Positions 28,086-38,028 of a stretch of DNA of 64,000 nucleotides are shown here, piece by piece. The position numbers were made by a program, and so were the translations under genes. The notes beneath the pieces were generated by a model. The model was not told where the DNA came from. It saw only the letters and a program-made list of their open reading frames with translations, and did no database searches. Numbering within the stretch: the first letter of the stretch is position 1; every line of letters starts with the position of its first letter. Source of the stretch: Syntrophorhabdaceae bacterium (lineage in GTDB: Bacteria > Desulfobacterota > Syntrophorhabdia > Syntrophorhabdales > Syntrophorhabdaceae); NCBI GenBank assembly GCA_963665295.1, contig OY762209.1, positions 2,016,001-2,080,000 on the forward strand, in the 5' to 3' direction.

Positions 28086-28968
28086 TCTCCTTTGTGCCGC
28101 CATCGACGTAAACTTTTGCCTTACGAAGAAGTTCGTAAATGGTTTCGAAAAACGTCACCTCTTCACTCAAGGAAAGGCCCCTTCCCATGACCGCTTCGGG
28201 TTGTATGGAAGAACGGTGCTTTGCGATAAAACCGTCGAAGCTTGCAAGGTCTTCCTTGAGATCGATGGTCTTTGCCAGCCTGTTCGCGAGGTGGGTGACA
28301 AGGACATTTTCCTTATTCTCCGTGGCCAGTTCGGGCTGGTGATGAAACCTCACTGCATCCGTAATCGGTTTGGGCGTATTCCAGAGTTCCAGGAGGGTGG
28401 CGCCCATATGCCCGTGATCGACGAGGAGGACTTCTCGCTCTGCCTCGATCCTCGTCATCCCGGAAGAGGATACCAGCCTGTCTATGGCGTCCCATTCGTC
28501 TTTGAAATATCGGTAGATTATGATCACACCTACGTCATGCATGATACCGCTCAAATAAACCTCGTTGGGGTTGCCCACATTCAGCTGCTTGCTGATCCCT
28601 TTTGCAATGAGACCGCATATAATGGAATGGGTCACGAACGCATCCTTTTTGAATGCCCCTCCGTCTCCTTGCGTCATGGATATGAACGGCATCTGGAGAA
28701 TTATGGTGAGGAGCTGCTCAAACCCGATCACCGCTATGGCGTGTTCGAGACTTGTGATGTTCCGGAAACTTTTCGTTCCCGCATAGGCGGTATTCGCAAT
28801 CCGGAGTACTTCCCCCACCATGGAAGGGTCCATGCGCTGGGCCAGATCGGATGCGGAGGTCTTGGGGTCCTCTATGAGACCGACCATTTCCCCGGCAATC
28901 TCCGGAAAGGTGGGCAGCATGTCTATTTCCATCAATTTCTGAAGAATGTAGTTGTCTCCCATAAGCAT
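28060..28968 (-). CDS. HDOD domain protein
   Basis: LPTFP, VLRIANTA, AIAVIG, GIMHDVG, DHGHMG and AVRFHH motifs. Confidence 0.88.
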   Translation of the reverse strand: MLMGDNYILQKLMEIDMLPTFPEIAGEMVGLIEDPKTSASDLAQRMDPSMVGEVLRIANTAYAGTKSFRNITSLEHAIAVIGFEQLLTIILQMPFISMTQGDGGAFKKDAFVTHSIICGLIAKGISKQLNVGNPNEVYLSGIMHDVGVIIIYRYFKDEWDAIDRLVSSSGMTRIEAEREVLLVDHGHMGATLLELWNTPKPITDAVRFHHQPELATENKENVLVTHLANRLAKTIDLKEDLASFDGFIAKHRSSIQPEAVMGRGLSLSEEVTFFETIYELLRKAKVYVDGGTKENDDESTCS

Positions 28969-29000
28969 TCCTTATATTATCGGATGGAGAAGAATGAACT

Positions 29001-29738
29001 TTAGGGCCTCCCGTGCTTCTTCATAGTTGCCCTCAGGCTTATCAGGGCCTGGGCGTGTATCTGGCACACCCTGGCTTCAGTGATACCCAGGGTTTTCGCG
29101 ATCTCTTTCATATTCATGTCTTCGTGGTAATAGAGGGTGAGGACGAGTTTCTGCCTCTCGGGAATCCGCTCCAGTTCCTGGGCAAGGATCCTCTCCATCT
29201 CGGCGAATTCGGCGTACTGCTCCGGGTCGTCGCTTTCATCCACGATATAGCGGATTATCCTGTCCTTGTCCTCGCCCGACGACTCGCTCAGGTCCTCGAT
29301 GCTCACAATGGAAAGGTTGCCGTAATCCTTCAGCATGGTGAGGTAATCATCGAGGTCGATGTTAAGCTCCTGGGCCACCTCTTCCTCCGCGGGATAGCGC
29401 CCCAGCTTGTTTTCGAGCTTCCGTATCACTTCTCCTATCTTCTTTGCCTTTGACCGCGCACTTCTCGGGAACCAGTCCTTGGAGCGCAGCTCATCTATCA
29501 TGGCGCCCCTGATCCTCATATAGGCAAAGGTATTCAGCTTGATACCGCGGCTCGCGTCATACTTTTCCATGGCTTCGAGGAGCCCTATTACGCCTGCGGA
29601 TATGAGGTCCTCTATGACGGTCCCCTCCTCGAAACCCCGGCAGACCTTGTAGGCGAGGTGTTTTATGATAGGGATAAACTCTTCTATCGTCCGTTCCCGT
29701 TCATCATCTTTCGATACGGCATATGCGTTCTTATACAT
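29001..29738 (-). CDS. fliA: Flagellar sigma factor sigma28
   Basis: DLISAGVIGL, RIRGAMIDELR, EARVCQIH; follows flhFG. Confidence 0.93.
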   Translation of the reverse strand: MYKNAYAVSKDDERERTIEEFIPIIKHLAYKVCRGFEEGTVIEDLISAGVIGLLEAMEKYDASRGIKLNTFAYMRIRGAMIDELRSKDWFPRSARSKAKKIGEVIRKLENKLGRYPAEEEVAQELNIDLDDYLTMLKDYGNLSIVSIEDLSESSGEDKDRIIRYIVDESDDPEQYAEFAEMERILAQELERIPERQKLVLTLYYHEDMNMKEIAKTLGITEARVCQIHAQALISLRATMKKHGRP

Positions 29739-29741
29739 GGC

Positions 29742-30485
29742 TCAAGACACCAACCTTTCACAGATTTTCTTAAGCGCCACAGTGGCCGGACTATCGGGGA
29801 ACTGCTCGACCCACAATTTTTGTTTTCTCGTGGCAAGATTGATGTTCCTGTCCGTGGGCAGGAACCCGGAGAAAGTGATATATACGTCCAGGAACCTGTC
29901 GGTCACTTTCAGTATCTTCCTGAAGATGTCAAGGCCCTCCTCTTCGTCTTTCACCTGGTTCAGAATGATGTTGAAGTCCTTTCGTCCCGTCTTCTTGTTG
30001 AGCACCTTGATCACCGCGTAGGAATCGGTGAGGCTCGCGGGGTCGGGCGTCACCACGATGAAGATGTCGTCGCTGATGGCGTTGAAGTGGACCACGTTGG
30101 AGGATATCCCCGCGGAGGTATCCACGACAAGATAGTCATGGTCCGGCAGTTCCTGAAAGGCGGAGAAGAGTATGTTCCTTTCGTCGATGGTGAGGTCCGA
30201 GAGCTCCGAAACCCCTGATGTGGCAGGTATGACCCGTATCCCGCAGGGGCCTTCGCAGATTATGTCGCTTATGGACTTCCTCCCCTCGATAAGGTCCTTG
30301 ATGTTGAACTTCGGAAACATGCCGAACATAATGTCGATATTGCCGAGCGACAGGTCCGCATCGAGAATATAGGTGGACTTCTCCATGGTCCCCAACAGGT
30401 AGGCCATGTTCGAGACTATGGAAGATTTGCCGACTCCCCCTTTTCCGCTCGTTATTGTAATAGTGCGTCTTCTCTTCTTTTCCAT
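29742..30485 (-). CDS. flhG: MinD-like flagellar number regulator FlhG/FleN, short form
   Basis: SGKGGVGKS, DADLSLGN, DTSAG, TPDPASLTDSYA. Confidence 0.9.
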   Translation of the reverse strand: MEKKRRRTITITSGKGGVGKSSIVSNMAYLLGTMEKSTYILDADLSLGNIDIMFGMFPKFNIKDLIEGRKSISDIICEGPCGIRVIPATSGVSELSDLTIDERNILFSAFQELPDHDYLVVDTSAGISSNVVHFNAISDDIFIVVTPDPASLTDSYAVIKVLNKKTGRKDFNIILNQVKDEEEGLDIFRKILKVTDRFLDVYITFSGFLPTDRNINLATRKQKLWVEQFPDSPATVALKKICERLVS

Positions 30486-31510
30486 GAGTTACCCTCAATA
30501 AGTATTTTGTAGAGCACGTCGCTGTCTGGAGTCAGTATGTCCGTCTCGTTGGTCCCTGTAGTCAGGAAAGAGAGAGGAAGCGACAATTTCAGCAGGTTGT
30601 CGAAGAGGTGACCGACCGTCTCTTCTTCGTCGAGTTTCGTAAAGGCGAGCCCGCTGATATGTTGTCCTTTAAGCTGGTCGCAGCACACCTTCATTTTTTC
30701 GTCCCTTGCCCCGGCGGGAAGGACCATCACCACTTCCACCTGCCCTAGCTGCCGTAATACCGTTCTTTGCAGGCCGAGAGGGCCGGAAAGATCGACGATC
30801 TTCCGTATCCCGAAGGCCCCGTGCGCCGGCGCGAGGTCCGTTCCTTCCGCAAACAGGGAAAAAGGAATCTCCCTCGCCGCGGAAAAGGCCCTCAAGTCTT
30901 CACAATTTCCGCTTCCCGAAGGGTCGAGGGCAAGGATCGAGACGCGGAGTCCTTCCTGCATGCACAGATGGGCGAGCTTCTTGACGGTGCCCGTCTTTCC
31001 CGCGCCGCTCGGTCCGAGCACCGCGATGGGGGCAACCGAATGGAGGGGGTTGTAAAACGAGATCCGCGACCCCACCGCCTTTTTCACAAAGAAGCCGGCC
31101 TTCGGGCTCTCTTCCGCAAGGGGCCCTATGGCGCAGAAGACTTCCGATATGAGAGAAAGGGCGCTCCTGCCCCCAAAGCCGTTCTTCACCATCTTGTCGA
31201 AAACCACCCTGAGAGGGAGGGGATATGTCTTGACCCTGTCCCGCACCATATCCATGTCTATGCCCGTGACCCTGTCCTGTACGTACCGGGCCGCGTTATC
31301 CCATATCTCCTCCATGCGTCTCCTCATGTCGGCAAGGCCTTTCTCCTGGGATGTAGGATCGCCCTCCACGGCAATCGAGATTTCGCACCCTTTCCCGGCG
31401 GGTCCGCCGCCGTTCCTGATGTCCACTATTATCGTGTCGACGCCGTACTCCTCCTTTATCCTTTTCATCCCTTCTTTCATATCATCGAATACGTACGTCT
31501 TAATTTTCAT
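30452..31510 (-). CDS. flhF: Flagellar SRP-like GTPase FlhF, divergent
   Basis: MKIKTYV...IKEEYGVDTII N-terminus, GPSGAGKT, FTKLDE; lies between flhA and flhG. Confidence 0.82.
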   Translation of the reverse strand: MKIKTYVFDDMKEGMKRIKEEYGVDTIIVDIRNGGGPAGKGCEISIAVEGDPTSQEKGLADMRRRMEEIWDNAARYVQDRVTGIDMDMVRDRVKTYPLPLRVVFDKMVKNGFGGRSALSLISEVFCAIGPLAEESPKAGFFVKKAVGSRISFYNPLHSVAPIAVLGPSGAGKTGTVKKLAHLCMQEGLRVSILALDPSGSGNCEDLRAFSAAREIPFSLFAEGTDLAPAHGAFGIRKIVDLSGPLGLQRTVLRQLGQVEVVMVLPAGARDEKMKVCCDQLKGQHISGLAFTKLDEEETVGHLFDNLLKLSLPLSFLTTGTNETDILTPDSDVLYKILIEGNSWKRREDALLQ

Positions 31511-33563
31511 TCAGCCTGATGACCCCGGAAGACTGTATTTTTATCTGGGACGGAATCTCGTTGTGCGAGATCACCGCCACCCCTTTTATGTATCTCTCGA
31601 TAAATCTCCTCAGTTTCGCCCTCAGCACGGGATGAACGAGGATTACAGGTTGCATGTTCTGGATCATGGCCTTCTTCGACTCATCGCCTATCTTCTCGAT
31701 CAGTCTCTGGCTCGTGGTCAGGTCGAGGGCGAGGAACGTGCCCTGGTCGGAAGCCTGCAAGGAACTGATTAACTTTTCCTCCAGAGCCTTCTCGAGTATC
31801 ATGATATTGAGCACGCCTTCCGACAGGTAAGGTTTCAGGATGTTTCTCGCCATGCGCTGCCGTACGTACTCGGTGATGATTTCAGGGTCTCTCGCGCTCG
31901 GAGAAGCGTCGGCGATTGCTTCGAGTATGGTAACCAGATCGCGTATGGACACCTGTTCTCTCAGGAGGTTTTGCAGCACCTTCTGTATGATGCCCATGTT
32001 GACCTGGCTCTGGGCAAGCTCTTCGATAACCTTCTGATGGGTTGTGGCCACGGTGTCAACGAGCTTCTGGGTCTCCTGGCGCGTGATGAACTCGTGGGCG
32101 TTGTTCCGTACTATCTCCGTCAGGTGGGTGGCGATGATAGTGGAATGGTCCACCACGGTGAATCCCTGGGCAACACACCTGTCTCTGTCGGCGTCTCTGA
32201 TCCAGTACGCATCGAGGTTGAATACGGGTTCTTTCGTGGGGATTCCGCCCAGGCCGCTTTGAGCCTCGTCCGGCCCCATGGCGAGGATGTGGCTCATCAT
32301 CATTTCTCCCCTTCCCATTTCGATGCCCTTCACCATTATCAGGTACTCGCCCGCTTTCAACTGGAGGTTGTCCCTGAGTTTCATGGGCGGAACCACAATG
32401 CCGAGCTCCACGGCCATCTGTTTCCTGATGCCCCGGATCTTGTCGAGGAGGTCCCCGGACTGCTCTGCGTCTACGATGGGGATGAGCCCGTAGCCGATCT
32501 CTATCTCAAGCACTTCGAGAGGTTGGATCAGCTCCGCCTTCTCCTTCTCTTCCCTGGGCACGTCGGGAAGATTGGATATCTCCTCTTCCTCCTTCCTTGA
32601 CCTTGCCGCAAGGTAACTGCTGCCGAAGGTGACGCTGGAAAGGATCAGGAACGGCATAAGGGGAATTCCCGGCACCATGCCGATGGCCAGGATGACCACC
32701 GATGCGAGGGTCATCGCTTTCTGGTTGGAGAACAACTGGGTTACTACATCGGAACCGAGGTTCGATTCGCTGGCAGCCCTGGTGACGATGATACCCGCGG
32801 CGGTTGACGTGAGGAGGGCGGGGATCTGGCTCACGAGCCCATCACCGATGGTCAACAGGCTGTAAACCGCGAGGGCATCCGTTACGGGCATCCCCTTCTG
32901 GACAACGCCGATAATGAGTCCGCCCACAATGTTCACGAAGATTATGATGATTCCCGCGATGGCGTCGCCACGGACGAACTTGCTCGCCCCATCCATGGCC
33001 CCGTAAAAGTCTGCTTCGAGTTCTACCCTTTCCCGCCGCTTTCTCGCGCCGGTGTCGTCGATGAGGCCCGCGTTCAGGTCCGCGTCGATGCTCATCTGCT
33101 TACCGGGCATGGCGTCCAGGGTGAACCTTGCGGCTACTTCCGCGACGCGGCCCGCACCTTTGGTGATTACCACGAAGTTTATGATCATGAGGATGAGGAA
33201 TACGACCGCCCCCACCACGTAGTTCCCACCCACGATGAAGGTGCCGAAGCCCTTGATGATCTGACCGGCGGCCTGAGACCCCTCGTCGCCATGGACGAGG
33301 ATCAGCCTCGTGGAAGCGATATTGAGAGACAGGCGGAAGAGGGTCACGATAAGAAGCACGGAGGGGAACACGGAGAAATCAAGGGGCTTGCCGATATACA
33401 TGGAGATGAAGAGTATAAGGAGCGAAAGGGAAATGCTGAGGGAGAGAAACACGTCGATAAAGAAACTGTTGAGCGGCACGATCATGATGAGTATGACGAA
33501 GACCACGGCTACCGCAACAAATATGTCGCTTCTCTTTTTCAGGACGTCGAGCAGTTTGTCCAT
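31500..33563 (-). CDS. flhA: Flagellar export gate FlhA
   Basis: RVAEVAARFTLDAMPGKQMSIDADL, FYGAMDGASKFVRGDA. Confidence 0.97.
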   Translation of the reverse strand: MDKLLDVLKKRSDIFVAVAVVFVILIMIVPLNSFFIDVFLSLSISLSLLILFISMYIGKPLDFSVFPSVLLIVTLFRLSLNIASTRLILVHGDEGSQAAGQIIKGFGTFIVGGNYVVGAVVFLILMIINFVVITKGAGRVAEVAARFTLDAMPGKQMSIDADLNAGLIDDTGARKRRERVELEADFYGAMDGASKFVRGDAIAGIIIIFVNIVGGLIIGVVQKGMPVTDALAVYSLLTIGDGLVSQIPALLTSTAAGIIVTRAASESNLGSDVVTQLFSNQKAMTLASVVILAIGMVPGIPLMPFLILSSVTFGSSYLAARSRKEEEEISNLPDVPREEKEKAELIQPLEVLEIEIGYGLIPIVDAEQSGDLLDKIRGIRKQMAVELGIVVPPMKLRDNLQLKAGEYLIMVKGIEMGRGEMMMSHILAMGPDEAQSGLGGIPTKEPVFNLDAYWIRDADRDRCVAQGFTVVDHSTIIATHLTEIVRNNAHEFITRQETQKLVDTVATTHQKVIEELAQSQVNMGIIQKVLQNLLREQVSIRDLVTILEAIADASPSARDPEIITEYVRQRMARNILKPYLSEGVLNIMILEKALEEKLISSLQASDQGTFLALDLTTSQRLIEKIGDESKKAMIQNMQPVILVHPVLRAKLRRFIERYIKGVAVISHNEIPSQIKIQSSGVIRLNEN

Positions 33564-34627
33564 CAGAGCGTGGCCCCCCGTTTCGCCTTGTAAACCTGGG
33601 CGAGTAATTCCGCCACGATCATGTAGAATTGCTCGGGAACGAGGTCACCCACCTTCACCGAGTAGAAGAGCCCCCGGGCAAGGGGTTTGTTCTCCATTAT
33701 GGGGACCTTATGCTTACGGGCCATCTCCTTGATCTTTTCCGCCACGAACCCCGCGCCTTTTGCCACGATCGTGGGCGCAGGCATCACTCCTGCCTGGTAC
33801 TTCAAGGCCACCGCGAAGGTTGTCGGGTTCGTGACGATCACATCCGCGGTCTTCACGTCATCCATCATCCTGCTGCGGGACATCTGCCTCTGGAGACTCC
33901 GTATCCTCGATTTGACCTGCGGGTTTCCGTCCCGCTCCTTGCCTTCCTCCTTAACCTCCTGGAAGGTCATCATGAGGTCCTTCTTGTGCTGCCATTTCTG
34001 GTACATGAAATCAAGGCCCGCGATAAAGAGGGCATAGAAGCCGACCTTCAGGGTAAGGCTGAAGGCGGTATGGCCCAGGTATTCCACGATTGCCCGCGTG
34101 TCCTTCTCGGTGAGGGAAAGTATGTGAGGGAGTTCCTTCATGAGGAGGGAGTATGCGATGTAGACGAGAAGGACGATCTTGAGGAGGGACTTGATAAGCT
34201 CCACTACCGACCGCTTGGAAATGAGGTTCTTTATGCCTGTGAAGGGATTGATCTTCTCTATCTTGAAGGAGAGGGCTTCGAAGCTCCACATGAAGCGAGT
34301 CTGCACCACGGCGCTCGCAATCGAAATGGCGATGAGGAGCGCGAAAAAGGGCAGCACGATCATGATGAACCTGTATGCGCCGAAGGAGAGGATCGGGTAT
34401 ATGCTCGACATGTTGACGTCGATGTTCATATTTCTCACATAAGTGCTGTACACTTTGAACATTTCGTTGAACCCGTGGGACACGGAGAAATAAAGGAAGA
34501 CGGCGGAGAAGAGGATAATGAGACAGGAGGGCAGGTCTTTTGACTGGGCTACCTGTCCCTTCTTGCGGGATTCCTCGAGCCTCTTTTCAGTGGGTTGTTC
34601 GGTCTTTTCCTGAAAATCATCCGCCAT
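33563..34627 (-). CDS. flhB: Flagellar export switch FlhB
   Basis: EKTEQPTEKRL; NPTT variant of the NPTH autocleavage site. Confidence 0.95.
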   Translation of the reverse strand: MADDFQEKTEQPTEKRLEESRKKGQVAQSKDLPSCLIILFSAVFLYFSVSHGFNEMFKVYSTYVRNMNIDVNMSSIYPILSFGAYRFIMIVLPFFALLIAISIASAVVQTRFMWSFEALSFKIEKINPFTGIKNLISKRSVVELIKSLLKIVLLVYIAYSLLMKELPHILSLTEKDTRAIVEYLGHTAFSLTLKVGFYALFIAGLDFMYQKWQHKKDLMMTFQEVKEEGKERDGNPQVKSRIRSLQRQMSRSRMMDDVKTADVIVTNPTTFAVALKYQAGVMPAPTIVAKGAGFVAEKIKEMARKHKVPIMENKPLARGLFYSVKVGDLVPEQFYMIVAELLAQVYKAKRGATL

Positions 34628-34630
34628 TGC

Positions 34631-35404
34631 CTACACCATAGACCTGATAATTCTTGGGATTTCCCCTTCCATGCTCTTGAAGATATCGGCAAGCAGAGGA
34701 GTGATCAGGCTCAACGCGAAGGAAAGCATGGCTATGGTCACCATGATCTTCAAGGGCATACCTTCCACAAACACGTTGACCTGGGGCACCAGTCTCGAGA
34801 GGATGCCGAGGGAGAGTTCCACGAGGAAGAGGGTGACGATAAGGGGGGCCCCGATCCTCAAACCCAGGGAAAATATCTTTCCCGTCATCTGTATGAGATA
34901 CTCCATGAGGGGTCCTTTGAAGGTGGCTCCCCCGAGAGGCAGTTCCTTGAAACTCAGGAACAACCCCCTCAATACGATATGGTGCGCATCCACGGAAAAG
35001 AAGATCATGAGGGCGAGTATGTTGAGTATCTGGCTCAACTCTGAAACCTGTGTATTCGTGTAAGGGTCCATGAAGCGCGCGAACCCCATTCCTGACTGGA
35101 TGGCCACGACTTCTCCCGCCACCTGGACGGTCATGAAGAGGACCCGTACAAAGAAGCCGATGGTTATCCCTATGAATATCTCCTTCATGACGAGGAGGGC
35201 GAGAAAATACGGGTCGCTTCCGAGGGCCGCATTACCTGGGGCCACGAGGTCAAACATGAACAAGGAGATGAGAAGGGACAGGCAGGCCTTGTAGGCGACG
35301 GATATGGAACCCGCCGAAAACATGGGAAGCAGCCAGAGAACGGATGCGACCCTGAAGAAGATGAGTATGAGTTTCTGTCCTGAAAGGCCGATATCGTTCA
35401 GCAT
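34631..35404 (-). CDS. fliR: FliR
   Basis: Hydrophobic; QSGMGF, DAHH and RLVPQVNVF motifs. Confidence 0.92.
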   Translation of the reverse strand: MLNDIGLSGQKLILIFFRVASVLWLLPMFSAGSISVAYKACLSLLISLFMFDLVAPGNAALGSDPYFLALLVMKEIFIGITIGFFVRVLFMTVQVAGEVVAIQSGMGFARFMDPYTNTQVSELSQILNILALMIFFSVDAHHIVLRGLFLSFKELPLGGATFKGPLMEYLIQMTGKIFSLGLRIGAPLIVTLFLVELSLGILSRLVPQVNVFVEGMPLKIMVTIAMLSFALSLITPLLADIFKSMEGEIPRIIRSMV

Positions 35405-35674
35405 CTATTTCACATAGTTGGGTATGTTCACGAAAATCGCGGCCGTGTAGCTTACCATCACATTCATCATCCATGGAGAGAGGACAAGGAGGCAGAGAAT
35501 GATCACGAGGATCTTCGGGACAAAGATCAAGGTCTGCTCGTGTATCTGGGTGGCGGCCTGGAAGATGCTTACGAGAAGGCCCACGGCCATGGATGCCAAA
35601 AGGACCGGACCCGACAATAGCAGTGTTGTCTTCAGGAAATCCCGGATGATTTGAAGTATCAGGTCCTGACTCAC
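35405..35674 (-). CDS. fliQ: FliQ
   Basis: VSIFQAATQIHEQTLIFVPK. Confidence 0.95.
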   Translation of the reverse strand: MSQDLILQIIRDFLKTTLLLSGPVLLASMAVGLLVSIFQAATQIHEQTLIFVPKILVIILCLLVLSPWMMNVMVSYTAAIFVNIPNYVK

Positions 35675-35684
35675 TTTGTTCCTC

Positions 35685-36449
35685 CTAATAAAAGCCTTTT
35701 ATCAAGGAACCCACCAGCAGGTTCCAGCCGTCCACAAGAACGAAGAGCATGAGCTTGAAGGGCAGCGAGATGAATATGGGGGGCAACATCATCATACCCG
35801 CGGACAGGAGCACACTCGCCACGACCATATCGATGACCAGGAAGGGTATGTAAAGGAGAAACCCTATTTGAAACGCCCTTTTAAGCTCCCCCAGGGCAAA
35901 GGCCGGCACAAGGACCCGTATCGGTATTTCGGTCCGGTCCACGGGTTTTTTGAGTCCCGCGATATTCATGAACAGGGCGAGGTCGCTGTCCTTAGTGAAT
36001 TTGAGCATAAAACCGCCCATTTCCTTCGAAGATTTGCTCATGAACTCCTCGTAGCCTATCTGGTTGTTCATATAGGGGGCCAGGGCCTGAGAATTCACCC
36101 TTTCGTACGTGGGGGCCATGATGAAGAATGTGAGAAACAGGGCAAGCCCCACGAGTACCTGGTTCGGGGGGACCTGGGCTACGCCTATGGCCTGCCTGAG
36201 GAAGGACAGGACGATGATGATCCGCGTAAAGGAACTCATGAGCAAGAGGATCGCCGGGGCAAAGGCAAGTATGGTAAGCATTATGGCCACGCTTATCAGG
36301 TTCTTGCCGCCCTGGCTTCCCGACAGGGCGCTCACGAAATCGAAGCTCTGGACCTTGTCCTTCTGAACAGTGGGACCGGCTTTTGCATGACCCGGGACAG
36401 GGATGAAGAACATGGAAATGGCGATAATGGCGATAATGGCAAGTTTCAC
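35685..36449 (-). CDS. fliP: FliP
   Basis: SFTRIIIVL, PPNQVL, GMMMLPP, LPFKLMLFVLVDGW. Confidence 0.96.
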   Translation of the reverse strand: MKLAIIAIIAISMFFIPVPGHAKAGPTVQKDKVQSFDFVSALSGSQGGKNLISVAIMLTILAFAPAILLLMSSFTRIIIVLSFLRQAIGVAQVPPNQVLVGLALFLTFFIMAPTYERVNSQALAPYMNNQIGYEEFMSKSSKEMGGFMLKFTKDSDLALFMNIAGLKKPVDRTEIPIRVLVPAFALGELKRAFQIGFLLYIPFLVIDMVVASVLLSAGMMMLPPIFISLPFKLMLFVLVDGWNLLVGSLIKGFY

Positions 36450-36724
36450 GGTTCTTTATCCTCTTTTGTCCACTGGGCGAGAAGGGACAGGTCTTTTTCT
36501 CCCACGCCGATAACCAGTATGCGGTCCTTGACTTCCACCACGGAGACGAACTTTTTGTAGCCCAGGTGGATCATATCGACTTTCCTCAGACTGTAAGGGG
36601 TCTCCTTCTGCTTCAGGTTGAACTTGAACTTCGTTCCATACCGATAGAATATGAGCAGGGCCGCCACGATGGCGGTGAGGACCAGGATCACCCTGATTAT
36701 CTGAGCGTACATGTTTTCCATCAT
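36446..36724 (-). CDS. fliO: FliO
   Basis: Single transmembrane segment, then LGYKKFVSVVEV..RILVIGV; between fliN and fliP. Confidence 0.82.
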   Translation of the reverse strand: MMENMYAQIIRVILVLTAIVAALLIFYRYGTKFKFNLKQKETPYSLRKVDMIHLGYKKFVSVVEVKDRILVIGVGEKDLSLLAQWTKEDKEP

Positions 36725-37029
36725 CCAAGTTCCCGGACCCGCTCCTTGGGTGTGACGATTTCAACTATCCTCACTCCCAGCCTTTCATTTACCACCACGA
36801 TTTCCCCTTTTCCGAGAAGCTTGCCGTTTACCAGAATGTCAACCGATTCACCTGCGATCTTATCAAGTTCGATAATCGATCCCTTGGACAGGGAGAGAAG
36901 CTGACCTATCGGCATCTTGGTCCTGCCTATCTCTACCGATATCTCAACCGATATATCGAGGAGATTGTCCATATTCAACTCCCCTTTCCTTGGACCTCCC
37001 GACTGGCCGTCAACGAGAAACTCTTCCAT
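36721..37029 (-). CDS. fliN: FliN
   Basis: LLDISVEISVEIGRT...GEIVVVNERLGVRI SpoA domain. Confidence 0.93.
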   Translation of the reverse strand: MEEFLVDGQSGGPRKGELNMDNLLDISVEISVEIGRTKMPIGQLLSLSKGSIIELDKIAGESVDILVNGKLLGKGEIVVVNERLGVRIVEIVTPKERVRELG

Positions 37030-37040
37030 CCCGCCTCCTG

Positions 37041-38018
37041 TTAATGTAGTATTTCTTCAATCTTCACCGCCTTGTTGCCTTTGTGGATGCCCATCCTGCC
37101 CTTGAACTGCGGCCTGTCGTATACCTGGATGTCAATGAGGTCGTTCACATGCCGATCGACGATGATCACATTGGTCTCCGTCACTTTGAGAAATTCCTCC
37201 AAAGAGAGTTTCTTTTTCCCCAACACCGCCCTTATTTCGAGGGGTACTTCGGAAATCCGGTCCCTCAGTTTGCGATTCCACTTGTCTTTCATCTCCATAT
37301 CCTCCCGGGAAGGGGTGGACACGAGGTAGCTCTTTATGGTTTCGAGAATGCCGTAAGGCATGCACACCTTCATCCAACTCCGTATGTCACCCATCTCGAT
37401 GGCGAATTCCCAGAGGCTTACCACCTCGTCGCCCGTCACCATGGTAATGTAGTTGGGGTTTATCTCGGACCTCGAATACTTGCATCGCACCTCGTATACG
37501 GGGGACCACGCCTTTTCCATCTCCACGGAGACAAGTTCTATCAGCTTCTTTATCACGCTGAATTCTATCCTCGTAAACTCCCTGCCTTCCACTCTGGGTG
37601 TGGATATGCTCGCGCTGCCGAAGACGGTCTCCAGTACGGAGAAGATCAGCTTTGCATCGAAGATGACGATGAAAAAGCCCTTCAGGTTTTCCGTTACCAC
37701 GATGTTCATGTTCGTGGGCAGGGGCACGTTCTTGATGAACTGGGCATATTCGACGTACTGGACGGGTGTCGTGTTTACGTCCACCTCTTTTTCGATAAAG
37801 AGTGACAAGGAGGACCTGAAGGACTTGGAAAACCGGTCGCAGATGAAATCAAGGGCGGGAAGGCGCTCCTTCTTTCCCTTCGTGAACTTCAGGAAGTCGA
37901 AGCTCTTCGCCTCAACGGGCGGCGCAACCTCCACTTCGGGGAGGGGGACTTCGATATCCCCGTCCGAAAGGCCCGCTAATAATGCATCAATTTCGTCTTG
38001 CGATAGTACCTGTTCCAT
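37041..38018 (-). CDS. fliM: FliM
   Basis: VLSQDEIDALL N-terminal motif, REFTRIE, C-terminal SpoA domain. Confidence 0.92.
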   Translation of the reverse strand: MEQVLSQDEIDALLAGLSDGDIEVPLPEVEVAPPVEAKSFDFLKFTKGKKERLPALDFICDRFSKSFRSSLSLFIEKEVDVNTTPVQYVEYAQFIKNVPLPTNMNIVVTENLKGFFIVIFDAKLIFSVLETVFGSASISTPRVEGREFTRIEFSVIKKLIELVSVEMEKAWSPVYEVRCKYSRSEINPNYITMVTGDEVVSLWEFAIEMGDIRSWMKVCMPYGILETIKSYLVSTPSREDMEMKDKWNRKLRDRISEVPLEIRAVLGKKKLSLEEFLKVTETNVIIVDRHVNDLIDIQVYDRPQFKGRMGIHKGNKAVKIEEILH

Positions 38019-38028
38019 CTTCCGCCCT

